Below, piece after piece: positions 1 to 12,693 of a stretch of 64,000 bases of DNA (positions are counted from its first letter, which is position 1; every line of letters starts with the position of its first letter). Source of the stretch: Octopus bimaculoides (lineage: Eukaryota); the NCBI RefSeq assembly GCF_001194135.2, contig NC_068994.1, positions 20,652,269 to 20,716,268 on the forward strand, written 5' to 3'. Both the position numbers and the translations under genes were made by a program. A model generated the notes under the pieces. The model was not told the origin of the DNA and ran no database searches. It worked only from the letters and a program-made list of their open reading frames with translations.

Positions 1-1330
1 GACTTGGAGAAAGCTTTTGACAGGGTCCCCCAATCCCTTATCTGGTGGTCAATGTGGAAACTAGTGTGGTATGACATCAGTTTCTGGGGAGGCTAACCGG
101 AAGGGCGAGTTGACCGGAAGAGGAAAAAGGACAGAGGGAGCCTCGATCGGGATTCGTGCCCTTTTCGAACGGGGTTGTGGACAGGACAAGACGTGTCTAG
201 TGACGGTCTAGGTTTGGGAGAAGCAGCTGCTATTCCTGGTGTTCTTTGGGTCGGGGCAAGCTTCAAGGATCGGATACCGCAAGACAGACTCGCAGTCGAC
301 GAAAGGAAAACCGAGGTAAGGCGATTACATCTATTCGCACGCATACACCACAACTAGGGATAGACAAGTGGCTGGTGAGAGCTGTAGAAGCTGTACAGAG
401 ACACTACCAGTAAGGTGAAGATTGGCAATGAGTACAGCGAAGAACTCAGCGTACAAGTAGGGGTTCACCAAGGATTGGTCCTAAGACCCCTCTTGTTCAT
501 TATTGTCCTCCAGGCAATAACAGAAGAATTTAAAACAAGTTGCCCCTGGGAGCTCCTCTATGCTGATGACCTTGTTCTTATAGCTGAATCACTACCAGAA
601 TGAGAGAAGTTCCAGGTATGGAAGCAAGATCTAGAATCAAAGGGTCTTAGAGTTAAACTAGCAAAAACCAAAGTCTTAGTAAGTAGGAAGACAGACAAAT
701 CACAAGTCCCTTGATGTAGATGGGCCTGCTTGGTCTGTAGAAAAAGTGTAGGTAGTAACTCTGTAAGATGCAACCAGTGTAAGCTTTGGACACAGAGAAA
801 ATAGCTTTTGTGTGTGGTAGAATCATAGGTACAATAAACACCAAAAATGTACAGAAAATAGACTCCATCAACTGCCATGGGAGTAAGCTAGAGGTAGTAG
901 ACAGCTGTCAGACTAAGATTAGGCTGGGCAAAGTTTAAAGAGCTCCTGCCTCTGCTGACAACAAAGGGCCTCTTTCTCAGAGTGAAAGACATTGTATGAT
1001 GCCTGTGTGCGAACAGCTATGCTACATGGCAGTGAAACATGGGCTGTGACAGCTGAGGGCATGCATAGGCTTGAAAGAAATGAAGCCAATATGCTTCACT
1101 GGATGTGCAATGTCAGCGTGCATGTTCAACAGAGTATAAGCATCTTGAGAGAAAAGTTAGGCATAAGATGTGGTTTGGTTATGTCGTGTATGGACAAGGA
1201 CAGCTGTGTAAAGAAGTGCTGATCCCTAACTGGAGGGAGCCTGTGGTAAAGGTTAGACCCAAGGAAACATGGGATGGGCTGGTGAAGCATGATCTCTGGA
1301 CCTCACAGAGACAATGACTAGTGACTGAGA
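1..1330 (+). mobile_element. RTE-clade LINE ORF2 (reverse transcriptase to C-terminus), degraded and interrupted by a solo LTR
   Basis: Translates as DLEKAFDRVP (from base 1), GVHQGLVLRPLLF, ELLYADDLVL, KTKVL and MLHGSETWAV. Contains stops and frameshifts. Confidence 0.9.
65..352. mobile_element. Solo LTR, 288 bp, TG...CA ends, 5-bp TSD
   Basis: Starts TGTGGTATG and ends CATACACCACA (imperfect inverted termini). ACTAG at 60-64 and 353-357. Removing it restores the RTE frame SMWKLGIDKWLVRAV. Confidence 0.85.
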
Positions 1331-1830
1331 CCTTTGGCAATATACTGTGCTTGAGAAGACCCATCAAGCCAAGTGAAATCACAGTCATGGCTGATGCTAG
1401 TGTCATGCAATCAGCACCTGTGCAAGTGGCATGTAAAAAGCACCTTTCAAGCATTGAGCCTCCTGGAGGAAAAATGGTTGAACTCCTTTTGGATATTGGG
1501 CCTCACAGAAGCAATGACTGAGACTTTTGGCATTATGTTGTGTTTGAGAAGAAGACTCATCAAGCCACAGTCGTGGCAGATACTAGTGTCATGCAAATGG
1601 TACCCATGCCAGTGGCATGTTAAAGCACCTTTAGAACCTTGGGCCTCATGGAGGCAAAGACTGAGACCATTTGGCATTATGCCAAGTTTCAAGCATTAGG
1701 TCTCATGGAGGCAATGACTGAGTCCATTTGGCATTATGCCATACTTGAGAAGAAGACCCATCAAGCCAAGTAAAACCACAGTTGTGGCAGATACCGGTGT
1801 CACGCCAATGGCACCCATGTAAAAGCACCC
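1290..1830 (+). repeat. Tandemly reiterated RTE ORF2 end / 3' UTR units
   Basis: Repeated ggcctcayrgaggcaatgactgagacytttggca...cttgagaagaagacccatcaagccaag blocks; more copies at ~2330-2620. Confidence 0.8.
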
Positions 1831-2039
1831 ATTACACTCTCAGAGTGGTTGGCATTAGGAAGGGCATCCAACCATAGAAACCATGTCAAAATAGACTGGA
1901 GTCTGATGCNNNNNNNNNNATAGAAACCATGTCAAAATAGACTGGAGTCTGATGCAGCCTCCCAGCTTGCCAGCCCTGGTCAAACTGTCTAACCCATGCC
2001 AGCATGGATAACAGGCATTAAATGATGATGATGATGATG
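1819..2039 (+). mobile_element. RTE LINE 3' terminus with (GAT)n tail
   Basis: aaaagcaccc...gagtggttggcattaggaagggcatcc...ccatgccagcatgg...taaatgatgatg. Same terminus at ~31300, 45027, 55500 and 62050. Confidence 0.8.
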
Positions 2040-2049
2040 TTAATATAGG

Positions 2050-2250
2050 TGTAGGTGAAGTTGTCTGGTAAGAAGTTTGCTTTCCGACCACATGATTCCA
2101 GGTTCAGTCCCACTGCATGGCACCTTGGACAAGTGCCTTCTACTATAGCTCACCAAAGTCTTGTGAGTGGATTTGGTAGGCAGAAACTGAAAGAAACTCA
2201 TTGCATGTACATGTATATATATGTGTGAGTGTGTTACTGTCTCTTTGCTT
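2050..2250 (+). mobile_element. tRNA-derived CORE-like SINE (family B), 5' half
   Basis: B-box-like GGTTCAGTCCC followed by gcaccttggacaagtg, the same as other family B copies. Confidence 0.8.
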
Positions 2251-3329
2251 TGACATTGCATGATAGTTATAAATCGTCATGCAGCAGGGTTTTTTGCTTC
2301 CAATCTTCTGTGAAAAACGTGGCAAAGTGGCTGAGTTCCTTTTGAGCATTGGGCCTCGTGGAGGCAAAGGGGCTGAGTTCCTTTTGAGTGTTGGGCCCAT
2401 GGAGGCGAGGTGGCTGAGTTCCTTTCAAGCGTTGGGCCTCATGGAGGCAAAGTGGCCAAGCTCCTTTCGAGTGTTGGGCCTCATGGAGGCAATGACCAAG
2501 GACTTAGGCATTATATTCATACTTGAGAAGAAGACCCATCAAGCCAAGCAAAATCACAATCGTGACAGATACCAGTGTCGCACAAATGGCACTCATGCCA
2601 GTAACACATAAAAGCACCCTGCTTTAAGTAGTTGTTATGCCTAAGGAGTGAGTGAGGTATCATGACTAAACTAACTTAACATGGACGATAATTTATAAAA
2701 TTTTACTTTGAAAATGAATTGTATAAGTTTTTAACAGTGAAATGACAAAAAATTCAAGACAGAAGTTGTAAACTTACTTTATATATTGCAAGTCAATGAC
2801 TTCCCTGTACCTGGTAAGGTCTCATTTTATTTTAATAACTTTTACTAGTTTTATCATGTTTTATAGTTACTACTATAGGTAAACACGCCCTCTAAAGCCT
2901 AGATACTGCCTACGGTGAGAATCTCTGATAGAGTAAGAAAGCTAAAACTACAAGGGGGAGTACTCTATTTTTTAACAAACAACTAGTATGATTGCTCTCC
3001 CCATAAATAAAACTCGCGGTGGGAAGAATGAGTCGTTTGAAATTTACACAGCTGTAATATTAACTCAATTATGAAGAAATGATTCTAAAACATTAACGAT
3101 CGATTGCCTACATGTATAAATAGGAAAACAATTCACCTGTAAGGGCATAAACTTTGCTTTATCAATGTAACAGAACTTGCTAGAGAATATGTATACCCAG
3201 CCTTGCCCGAAACACATCTATAGCACTGTGTAACAAAATATTTTTTCTTTTGTCTTTGGTCAATAAATTTATTTCTTATTTGCTTCTATCCAGAAATCAA
3301 AGGAAATAACTACTGTTCCCTTCAGATTT

Positions 3330-3580
3330 TGCTTTTGTGGTTTAGACATCATTGTTTTGGAACTTGTCTATTTTCCATTACATTTCAGACAGATTCAAGT
3401 TGCTGAAACAGAAATATCATTATAACAAATATTCTGCTCAGTACAACAGATTTGCTTGACCTTAACCACTTGAGCATGTCCCTTAGTGACTGACAACATG
3501 TGCATCTTTGATCATGAGCAGGAGTAGTTGGGAAGCATCGTAGTCATGTGTTGAGAGGGATTCTTTGGGGTTTGAATAAA
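3330..3580 (+). repeat. Interspersed repeat (family F), unclassified
   Basis: caaatattctgct...gagcatgtc...tgtgcatctttgatca...ttctttggggtttg recurs at ~36470-36960. Confidence 0.65.
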
Positions 3581-3607
3581 TGTGACAAAAGCAAAGTTCG
3601 AAGGAAA

Positions 3608-3688
3608 TCATCATCATCATCATCATCATCGTTTAATGTCCGCCCTCCATGCTAGTATGGAAGGCAGACGTTAAATGATGATGATGAT
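3608..3688. repeat. Palindrome of two RTE 3' ends sharing a central ccatgctagyatgg
   Basis: (CAT)n-cgtttaatgtccgccctccatgctagtatggaaggcagacgttaaa-(TGA)n. Confidence 0.8.
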
Positions 3689-4581
3689 TTCTTTCAAACT
3701 TTGGAAGAACCATTTTTCATATTTTCTAGGGAAAGCAAATGGAAATAAGTTATTACCCAAAGACAAAAATCGTGTTACACAATGTAATCAGATTTTCTTG
3801 AGGAATCTACTTTTTAATGAAACTGAATTCACATCATCAAGCATTACTCAGAGTTACATTCCTCCTTCAATATTTTGCCATTATGAGCATTTTCCGTTTT
3901 AGCACTTACACCTATTGAAGCAGACTGTCATATATTCAATAGATAGTTAGCATATCAAAAAGGAGGCAACTGTAAAAGACAAAGGCATGTGACGATTTAA
4001 TACAATTTATTGAAGTAATAATTTCTTATAAGGAAATAGGCAAAGTTATGTTGCTAAAAAGTTTGCTCACAACTATGTGGCTTGCATTAAGCTTTCCTAA
4101 TCATTGATGATAAACCATAACTGAGAAGGTAATGAACATCATTCCACACTCTCCATCATATCTGTACATTTTATCATCGGTTTCATTCCATGAAGTTTAT
4201 AAAGGAGAAATATAGGGACAACTCATAAAAATGGCAAGGAAAGGAAGATGTTCTGTACATGGGAGTACAAAGATAAAAACTCAAAATCAGGATTAAAATC
4301 TTTTTTATATCTATCTATAAAAGGACAATATGCTGATATATCCACTTGTGCACAGAAGTTAGGGACCCCAGTAGCACCTTATATTTTATAAGTTCATTTA
4401 TCTGGGGGCTCTAAAGATCCTGCTTCTCTAAGTTTTTTCATATCCGGTCCACAAAATTTGCTGCATAAAAACCAAAGCAGATACCTTTTTTGTTGAATGG
4501 CTTTACTCTAAACTTCTGTGCTGAATCAAACTAATTTAGTAATATAAGTTTGTTTTAATGATACAATATTATAATAATACT

Positions 4582-4968
4582 GTTGTTATTGGCACTCCGT
4601 CGCTTATGACGTCGAGGGTTCCAGTTGATCCGATCAACGGAACAGCCTGCTCGTGAAATTAACGTGCAAGTGGCTGAGCACTCCACAGGCACGTGTACCC
4701 TTAACGTAGTTCTCGGGGATATTCAGCGTGACACAGTGTGACAAGGCTGACCCTTTGAATTACAGGCACAACAGAAACAGGAAGTAAGAGTGAGAGAAAG
4801 TTGTGGTGAAAGAGTACAGCAGGGTTCACCACCATCCCCTGCCGGAGCCTTGTGGAGCTTTAGGTGTTTTCGCTCAATAAACACTCACAACGCCCGGTCT
4901 GGGAATCGAAACCGCGATTCCATGACCGCGAGTCTGCTGCCCTAATCACTGGGCCATTGTGCCTCCAC
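4582..4968 (-). mobile_element. Full-length young tRNA-derived SINE (family D)
   Basis: Minus-strand head has A-box TGGCCCAGTG and B-box GGTTTCGATTCC. TSD ttataataatact at 4569-4581 and 4969-4981. CpGs intact. Confidence 0.9.
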
Positions 4969-4999
4969 TTATAATAATACTATATAGATAACATTAATA

Positions 5000-5205
5000 T
5001 TGGTTTCAAATTTTGTCACAAGGCCAGCAATTTTGGGGGAGGAGATAAGTCAATTACATTGCCCCCAGTGCTCAAATAGTACTATTTTATCAACCCTGAA
5101 AAGATAGAAGGCAAAGTTGACCTTGGCAGAATTTGAACTCGCAATGTAAAGATGAGCGAAATACTGCTTAGTATTTTGCCTGGTGTGCTATCAGTTCTGC
5201 CAGCA
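5000..5205 (-). mobile_element. tRNA-derived SINE (family C, Nin-domain-like)
   Basis: Reverse complement of ctggcaga...gagttcaaattc...gcctttcatcctttcggggtcgataaa consensus; CpG-decayed. Confidence 0.8.
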
Positions 5206-5336
5206 AATATATTTCATAACAGGTCTAACTGCTAACCAACAAAATATAAAGTGTAAGTGAGATCTCTAATTTCAGCATACAAGTGGACACAACAACATAT
5301 ATAAAAGTATGTTGTATTATGCTGTATCAATTAAAC

Positions 5337-5576
5337 CAGTGGTTCTCAAATGGGGTCCATATGGCCCTTAGGGCCCATATAAGACTTTGTTGTTAAAATT
5401 TATTTGCAATAAATTGGTTATACTTCTATGAAATATTTTAACAATTTTTCTGGACAATTTCTAATAATATTTAATTATACAAATATAATATGATTTTTTT
5501 AAAACATCAAATGGCTTGGAGGGTTCATCCAAGTAAAATAGGAATCAAAGAGGTCCATAGGTGAAAAAAATGGTTG
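5337..5576. mobile_element. hAT-type MITE (CAGTGGTTCTCAA TIR), right end abutting a SINE
   Basis: Same internal sequence (ggtccatatg...aatggct...aggggtccat) as 30375-30602 and 48958-49688. Confidence 0.7.
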
Positions 5577-5965
5577 CTTGCTTCCCAGCCACATGGTTCT
5601 GGGTTCAGTCCCACTGCATGGGCAAGTGTCTTCTTGGGCAAGTGTCTTCTGCTATAACCTTGTGTCAACCAACACCTTGTGAGTGGATTTGGCAGATGGA
5701 AACAGAAAGAAACTTGCTGCGTGTGTGTGTGTGTGCGTGCACACGTGTGTGTGCTTTTGTGTGTCTTTGTGTTTGTCTCCTCATCACTGCTTGACAACTG
5801 GTGTTGGTGTGTCTTTGTTCCTGTAACTTAGCAGTTCAGTAAAAGAGACTGATAGAATAAGTAATAGGCTTTAAAAAAAAGTCCTAAGGTCAATTTGTTC
5901 AACTAAAACCCTTCAAGGTGGTGCTCCAGCATGGCCACAGTCAAATGACTGAGTCAAAAGAATAA
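5577..5965 (+). mobile_element. Family B SINE
   Basis: Head, central (TG)n and 3' gtaacttag...ctccagcatggcc...tcaaatgactga. Confidence 0.85.
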
Positions 5966-7911
5966 ACACTTATCTAAACCAATGCTGATAGGGCAAAAGT
6001 GATCCCTTTATTGCAATTTAGTGATTATTAAAAATGCTGTATATTGAAGAATAAAAAATGAATGCAATAGACAAAAACCAATGTGATTTTGAGTTTTAGC
6101 AACTCCAAATTAATCAAAAACAAATCTCAAATATGTCAGCTAGAATTGTATTGCCTGGTGTTGTGATAAGAAATTTTATTTGATCATTATCTTATTCAAC
6201 CTATCATTAAGCTGCAATTGTCATCAAAGCTTCATTTGATTTATGATTTTCTCATAATCTGCCAATAGATATTGGTATATATATTTCAGTCATTTTATTC
6301 ATAGGTCTCAAACTCAGTATAACACTTGTACTGAAAAGTAAACTCATGACTCATGAACCAATAATTTATACAACTTAGCATGCTTCTCCAACTATCAAAT
6401 GAGAGTAAAGGAAAGATATTGTTTTTCCCCAGGTCAGCCTTCATTGAGTAGTCCCATGTCAGCATTCCAGTCATGACCATCTCATCTTTATATATGAAAG
6501 GCTTTTTTTGTATATATAGTGCATTACTATTTTTAAGACAGTAGGGTGTGATTCAAAGGAGATTTGGCTATTATTTCTAGCAGATTGAACAACTGCATTT
6601 ATTGCATGTTACCTCATTTTCTTGAAGAAAAGATATTGTATGTTTTGGTATTGAAACTGCTTTGCTTACATTAATAGTTCCCCACTCCTAAGATACAAAT
6701 CCAATGAATGTAACATTCCTAACTAGTGATGGTACCAATTTTTAACCATTAAAGCTGGTACAAAGTCACACCTAATGCCTCAGTGAGACTGACAGTGTAT
6801 ATTTCAAGCTATCACACAGAGTATCAGGTGTCCAGTTTATGACCTTATTTCTAATGTCAGCTGCTACTCTACAAATAACTTCCTTTATGATTTAGAATGT
6901 ATTTCACCAGGTTATAGGCTTGATATTTCCTCTCTAGGAAATCCAAATCCACGATTTATTTCATTGTGGGCAAGTTAGGTTAGAGCACATATGGTTAACT
7001 CAATATGGTACTGAATAGTCATACAAAAGGTGAAATGCTCATACTTTGTTTTAATCACTGCATTGTATTTGTGGACAATGAGACTTCTAAGGACCAACTT
7101 CCTTATTTCTAAGCAGATATGGTGGTGACCCAACAACTTAATAGTTTACTGGATCACCACCACCACCAGGTGAGTCAGAGATGTCTACTTCCCCATCTGA
7201 TGGAAAAAGTCAACTCAAAGGGACAAAAGTTGTCAAGAGCGTGCAGGAAACTGATAGATACAGTCCTTTATGAAAAAGAGAAAATCCTTTTTGGAGTTCC
7301 TGGCAACACTCCCAGGTTCACTTCACTGATGTTACTTTGTCCATAATGACTATGACTGTTACTTGTTATGAACTGCAAAAGAAAGCTGACTTTTTAGCCC
7401 AGATGAATATATTACCCAAAAGTTGTTAGGAAATTTTAACCCTTTAGCATTCAAATTATTCTGTCAAAAGTAAAGTTTATTTATTCACATGGTTTCAAAT
7501 TAATCATGCATTATTTTGTAGCTTAGAAATTTTGATAAGGTAACTGTTAATTTTTAGAATGATATTATAGGATTGGTGTGAAGGGCCAGATGTGGCTAGT
7601 TTGAACATAAAACAAGTAGAATATTTTGGCTAGATTTGACTGGATTAAGTACAAAAGAGTTAAAATAGTTCAACAATTAAGCGACCCGTCTATGTTAACA
7701 AGAAACACCTATAAATGGATAAGATCTAAGATATTTAAGACAAATGGAAATTGTGGTTTGCACACCATCATACTGCCTTATTTGACCACATGCAAAATCC
7801 CCCAAAAGTAAAGTAGATATTTAGATCACTGGGTTCAACAAATGGTTGCAGATGAAAAATTATATTGTCTTGATCTACCAAGATTTTATTCAGCCTGGCT
7901 CTCTTCTAGAT

Positions 7912-8625
7912 ATCTTTTTATTATAGCCACACAGGGCTAAATACAGAAAATGGACAAATTACAAAGTAGAGCTTTTCTTGGGGGGGGGGGATAATTTCGA
8001 TCAAAAGGGATCGCGGAAAAAAAAGATGGGGATTTCGATCAAAAGGGATCGCGGGAAGCAAAANNNNNNNNNNTGGGTGGGGGGCGATCAATAGGGATCG
8101 TGTATCACAGTCAATGTAAAAAACGGGGAACAGATTAGGTTTATCCGTGGAGAGAAAAGCCTACGGAAAAGACCACGGTCACCTCAGGCTTTTTTTTTTT
8201 TAAAGGTACATGAAAGTAAGTACTTTCTCTCTTTTTGTCTCTTTTTGTTACAAGTCTATGCTTAAAATGGTGTCGTCTTTCATTCTTACCATTCTTGCCA
8301 CATTTACCCATTTTTTATTGAAACTTTCATTCGACAACACTTTCCTCTCTATCCTCATCCTCCTTTTCAAGTGGTACTTGAAAAAGTTGACGAGGGACTG
8401 ACCAGAGAGGAAAGTGTTTGTTTCTAGAGAAACAGCCTTCCTCATAGTTGAAGAGCACCAGAGCACAGTAGTCTTACAATATGCTTACTCATCCATCACC
8501 CCCACCCCACCTCATACATTATTGCTGGGTAACCATCGACCTAAAACAAGGTTCATCCATCTTTTTGACAGGTCTTGTTTTTCCTCTGCTTGGCTTGCAG
8601 CATCCCTTTTCACCTGGCTGTCTTA
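7912..8625 (-). mobile_element. Tx1/L1-type LINE 3' fragment
   Basis: Minus ORF TFLSGQSLVNFFKYHLKRRMRIERKVLS...KKWVNVARM resembles Tx1-type ORF2 C-termini, followed by a UTR-like stretch. A related upstream segment recurs at ~39370-39450. Confidence 0.55.
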
Positions 8626-8769
8626 GTATATAGGCTGCTGGTTTGGTCAGCAATAACCTAACCATGACACAGGTTGTACTCAATTACACATTACTAGTAG
8701 CACTCATGAGTAACCTAAGATAACCTACCTACCAAAGCACCTAGCAGTCAATGTAATTCATTGTCAAGA

Positions 8770-9560
8770 GAAAACTAAAAGAGAAGCAATCAGAGAGAAG
8801 AGGAAGAAAAAGCTATACATGACTGGAAATACAGGAAAGGAAAATAGTGAAAAAGAGAATAGAACGAGAGAAAGAAAGATGAGAATAGTAAAAAGGAAAA
8901 TTAACAAGAAAAGACATATTAATGAGAACAAAGGAAGGAAAACAAAAGGAGAGTTGAGAAAAAAGAATGAAAAGAAAAACTATGCAAAAAAGAAAGATTA
9001 TAGAAAAATGAAAGAGAAAAAAGGTGGAGAGTAGAAGAGAAAGCAAGAGACAGGGATGAAGAGGAGAAACTCTAAAAGAGAGTAATAAGGTAAATAAATG
9101 TAAAGAGAATGAAAACAAGAAAGAGAGACAATGAATATGAAAGAAAATGATTGAAAGGTGAGAGAGGAAACTAGAAAGGATGTTAGGTAGGAGAAAAAGA
9201 AAGGAAGATTAAAAATGAGAGTAAATGAGATGAGAATGAGAAAAGAAGTTAGTAGTTTGAAAGAAGAAAATATACAGAGAAAAGGAATGAAAGAGAATGA
9301 GAAGATAAGAGTGAGAAAGGAAGCTGGGACACACCTTTGTCATGGTTAAAGAAACGGAGAAGCAAAAAAAGAGAAACTAATGCGTAATGAAGAGAAAAAT
9401 AGAAAGAAAGAAAGAATGAAAAAGGGAGAAGAAATAGAGAAAGATGATAAAGAGGAAGTGAGGGCTAAATTGTGATAGAAATAGATAGCAAAAGAATGAC
9501 AGAAGATGTAACCCTATTCCAGGAAGGGGAAGAGAGAAGCTAGAAACAGATAGAAAACTT
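8770..9560. repeat. GA-rich polypurine low-complexity tract
   Basis: Almost only A and G; similar tracts at 45780-46030 and (CT-rich) ~63100-63760. Confidence 0.9.
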
Positions 9561-9995
9561 GATAGTTATGTAGATTGCATTTAATCCTTAGATTGTCACA
9601 CCTATATGTCCTAGGTCTGATTTTCTCAGGGTTGATTTGGGGCTAAACAGCTACAACTACTGGGTAAGTGTAAGAATATAGTTCATTGAATTGATCCCAA
9701 CTTGTTTTCATCAACCTCAGAAAGATAAAAAAATTTAAGTTAACTGTGAAAGGATTTGAACTCAGAATGTAAAAGCAATGTAACTAAATGCTGTATATTG
9801 TGGTTAAGAGTTATAAATATAAAATAAGGAAACAGGTGTTAGATGGAGTAGTAAAAAGAGTTTAGAAGACATAAAGAAGGCCAACAATAGATAATAATGG
9901 CAACACTAAATTGACACAATTCCTGTATAATGGAATAACTTCCAAAGCAATAGCAAAATCTCAGCCTTTTGTGGAGCCTTTTAGGGACCCATAAG

Positions 9996-10263
9996 CAGGG
10001 GCAGTACTAGGAAATGTGGGGCCCAATTAGAGAATTGTCTGTGGGGTCTTCTTCTCTTCAAAAGCTGAAGATTGAATGTTTTATGCTTTGTGTTGTATGC
10101 CAGTCCCAGCCAAGAAGTGTTGAGGCTTGAGGGCTCCACCATTAACCACAATGGTATATTAAAAATTCATCTGAACCTCTGCTCAAGTATGTGCCTGGGG
10201 CCCCTCTCTTGGCTCAGGGCCCTATTTGAATAAAACTGTCGAACTGACTTAAAATTGGCCCTG
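9996..10263. mobile_element. hAT-type MITE, 268 bp
   Basis: CAGGG...CCCTG ends; 8-bp TSD CCCATAAG at 9988-9995 and 10264-10271. Confidence 0.85.
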
Positions 10264-10399
10264 CCCATAAGTATTTTACTCATGTTGTGATATTTCATTT
10301 CATTTAATCCTAACAACATAGAAAGTTAGGTGTACAAATGTTCACAGCTTGGGATTTGTTTCAAGTCAAGTCAATAAGTGATCTTAGAGTGTTTTGTAT

Positions 10400-10720
10400 G
10401 GATGTGGTAACCATTGAACTTTTATTGGATTGTTGTAAACGTTACCATTTTGTTTGATAATCTTGGTGTGAGTTGAGTTGCAATGTTTGGAAATGTTTGA
10501 ACATCAAAGTGAGGACTATCTTTCAGGATTTAGAATGATGAAGAGTCATTCTAAACATCTGTGGCAGTGTAAAAGGTGCCTACTCACTGATGGCAATTTA
10601 TGCCCCAACAGGGATGGGACAGACCTATTTGGATACAACTAATGCTCTTCTTGAACACATTCCATTCGTCTGGATTATAAAGGACTGGAATGGTACTTTA
10701 TGCACATTGGTGTTATGTAG
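10400..10720 (+). mobile_element. Highly degraded LINE AP-endonuclease remnant
   Basis: LMAIYAPT and IIKDWNGTL resemble the xxVYAPx and GDFN motifs. Confidence 0.4.
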
Positions 10721-12693
10721 GAATTGGAATTAGAGGAATAAAAGTCTCTTTTTAACTTTTAACTTTATTGGTTGGCCAAATAATATTTAGGTTGGAGTTT
10801 GTAGGTTCAGTACAGAGAAGTAATGTTTCTTGGACTTTCTTGTACATAGTTGACTATTTACACTAGTTGTACAGGATTTGCATAATCAATTTAGACACCT
10901 AACAGTAGAGATCCAGTTACTTGATATCTTGTTCCTTATATGGAAGGTTTACCATTATTGGAATACAGATTTTGTCAGAAAGAACTAAACATATAACAAA
11001 TAGTTTGTGGTTCTTTTATCTTTTACTTGTTTCAGTCAATTGACTGCAGCAATGCTGGGGCTCTGCCTTGAAAAATGATTAGTCGAATTAATTGACCCTA
11101 CTACAAATCCACTCACAAAGCTTTTGTTGGCTTGAGGCTATAGTAGGAGACACTTACCCAAGGTACTGCACAGTGGGACTGAACCTGGAACCATGTGGTT
11201 GGGAAGCAAACTTCTTACCACACAGCCATGTCTGTGCCTGTAAAAGTGAGATGTTTACAACACCTAGGTTGCCCAAGTGGTCACCCATCTGAATACTAAC
11301 TAAGCTCAATGTTGCTTAGCTTTAGTGATCAAATGGGAACCCGTGCATTCAACAGGATAAGGTTGTGAAGAAGAATTAAATTAGAATCTATAGTCTATAG
11401 CTAGGGAAAAAACTGGTTGGATGACTGGAAAAAGCTTCTCGAGATAGTTGCATGGTGTTCCCAAACAAATGTTACACATCTTAAACAGGAATGATCAAAT
11501 GAAGGCTAACATTTATAGTCATCCAGTGAGAAGCTAAGTGTTTGTGGATACTCATTGGTTGTAAGAACAGCAATTGGGCATTGCCATTTTGTGTTGTCAG
11601 AGTTAACTATGTACTCTGAGATTTGTGGGAATGGAAGCTGTGCTCTGGACCAGGAAATATCACATGGCTACAGGACAGTCATTCAAACTTCCTCTCTCAA
11701 TCCATGATAGGCATTGGTGATCAATTCCAAGCAGATGTGTAATTATTTTTAGCAGCATTTTGCTGAACTATTTGAAGAGAGGACAGATTTGGTGGCCTGT
11801 CTTTACATTATAAGTTTAAATTCCACAATGGTTACTGTCTTTCATCCTTCTGAGAGTAATAAAATAGATGACAGCTAATATTATTGACTAAACTCCTTCC
11901 CAAATATTTGACTTTCTATTATTATTTAATATTAGAAGTGCTTCTACTATATATATGCAACAGACCTCTATAAAATATAAACTGGTTTTTATGGCTGGGT
12001 GCCCTTCCTAACACCAACCACTTTACAGAGTGGACTGGGTGCTTTTTATGTGGAAACAGTACTGCCGAGGTCACCACATAACTTGCAAGATAAAAACCCT
12101 TCAACTGAGAGGAGGAGTGATGTTGAAGGAGGTGGCTTTGTTCCAGGTAATGAGAGTTTAAACTATGATAGAAGGACAGAAACAGGTGTCTTGCCTTTGA
12201 AATAAACGGTCACCCAATTGGAGAGAGAGGGAGAGAGAGTGTGTGTGTGTGAGACAGATGGTGGCAATATGCCAGGACGTTCTCTCAAGATACAAGGGTG
12301 TGAATATAAATGGAATGGTAGAGGATTGTTCAGAGTGAGTAGGGAGTTCGTGAAGGCGCAAAAGGAGGAGAGGAGAGGGAAAGAGGGGAATGCAGTGAGT
12401 GATAAAATGCAAGTATATAAAGGAGTGAGTGGACAGCGATGATGCAGTTGGTAGATGGAGGTCAAGGGAGCGAGATAGAAATGACAGAGCAGAGTTGGGC
12501 TACATGAATTGGGGTTGAATGGGAGAGAGAAGCATAATGCATGAAGAAATGTAGTTTGGTTCATAGGGATAGGGTGTGTGAATTAATGTTACATGTGGAT
12601 GGTATACAAGGCACTTCTAGAACTCAGTTTCTCAAGCACCTCATACCACCAGATATCTTAGTCATTCTCTCTCTATATGTGTGTGTGTGTGTA

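Noticed and set aside
1863-1956. Direct repeat atagaaaccatgtcaaaatagactggagtctgatgc across a 10-N gap
   Set aside because: Most likely an unmerged contig overlap.
2640-3230. Possible Helitron-like non-autonomous element (tatacccagccttgcccg motif)
   Set aside because: Only one degenerate motif; no defined termini or second copy in the window.
4870-4968. tRNA-like sequence with A and B boxes
   Set aside because: It is the head of a SINE bounded by a TSD, not a standalone tRNA gene; the same holds for family B and C heads.
8819-9118. K/E/R-rich and F/L/S-rich ORFs
   Set aside because: Products of a polypurine low-complexity tract.
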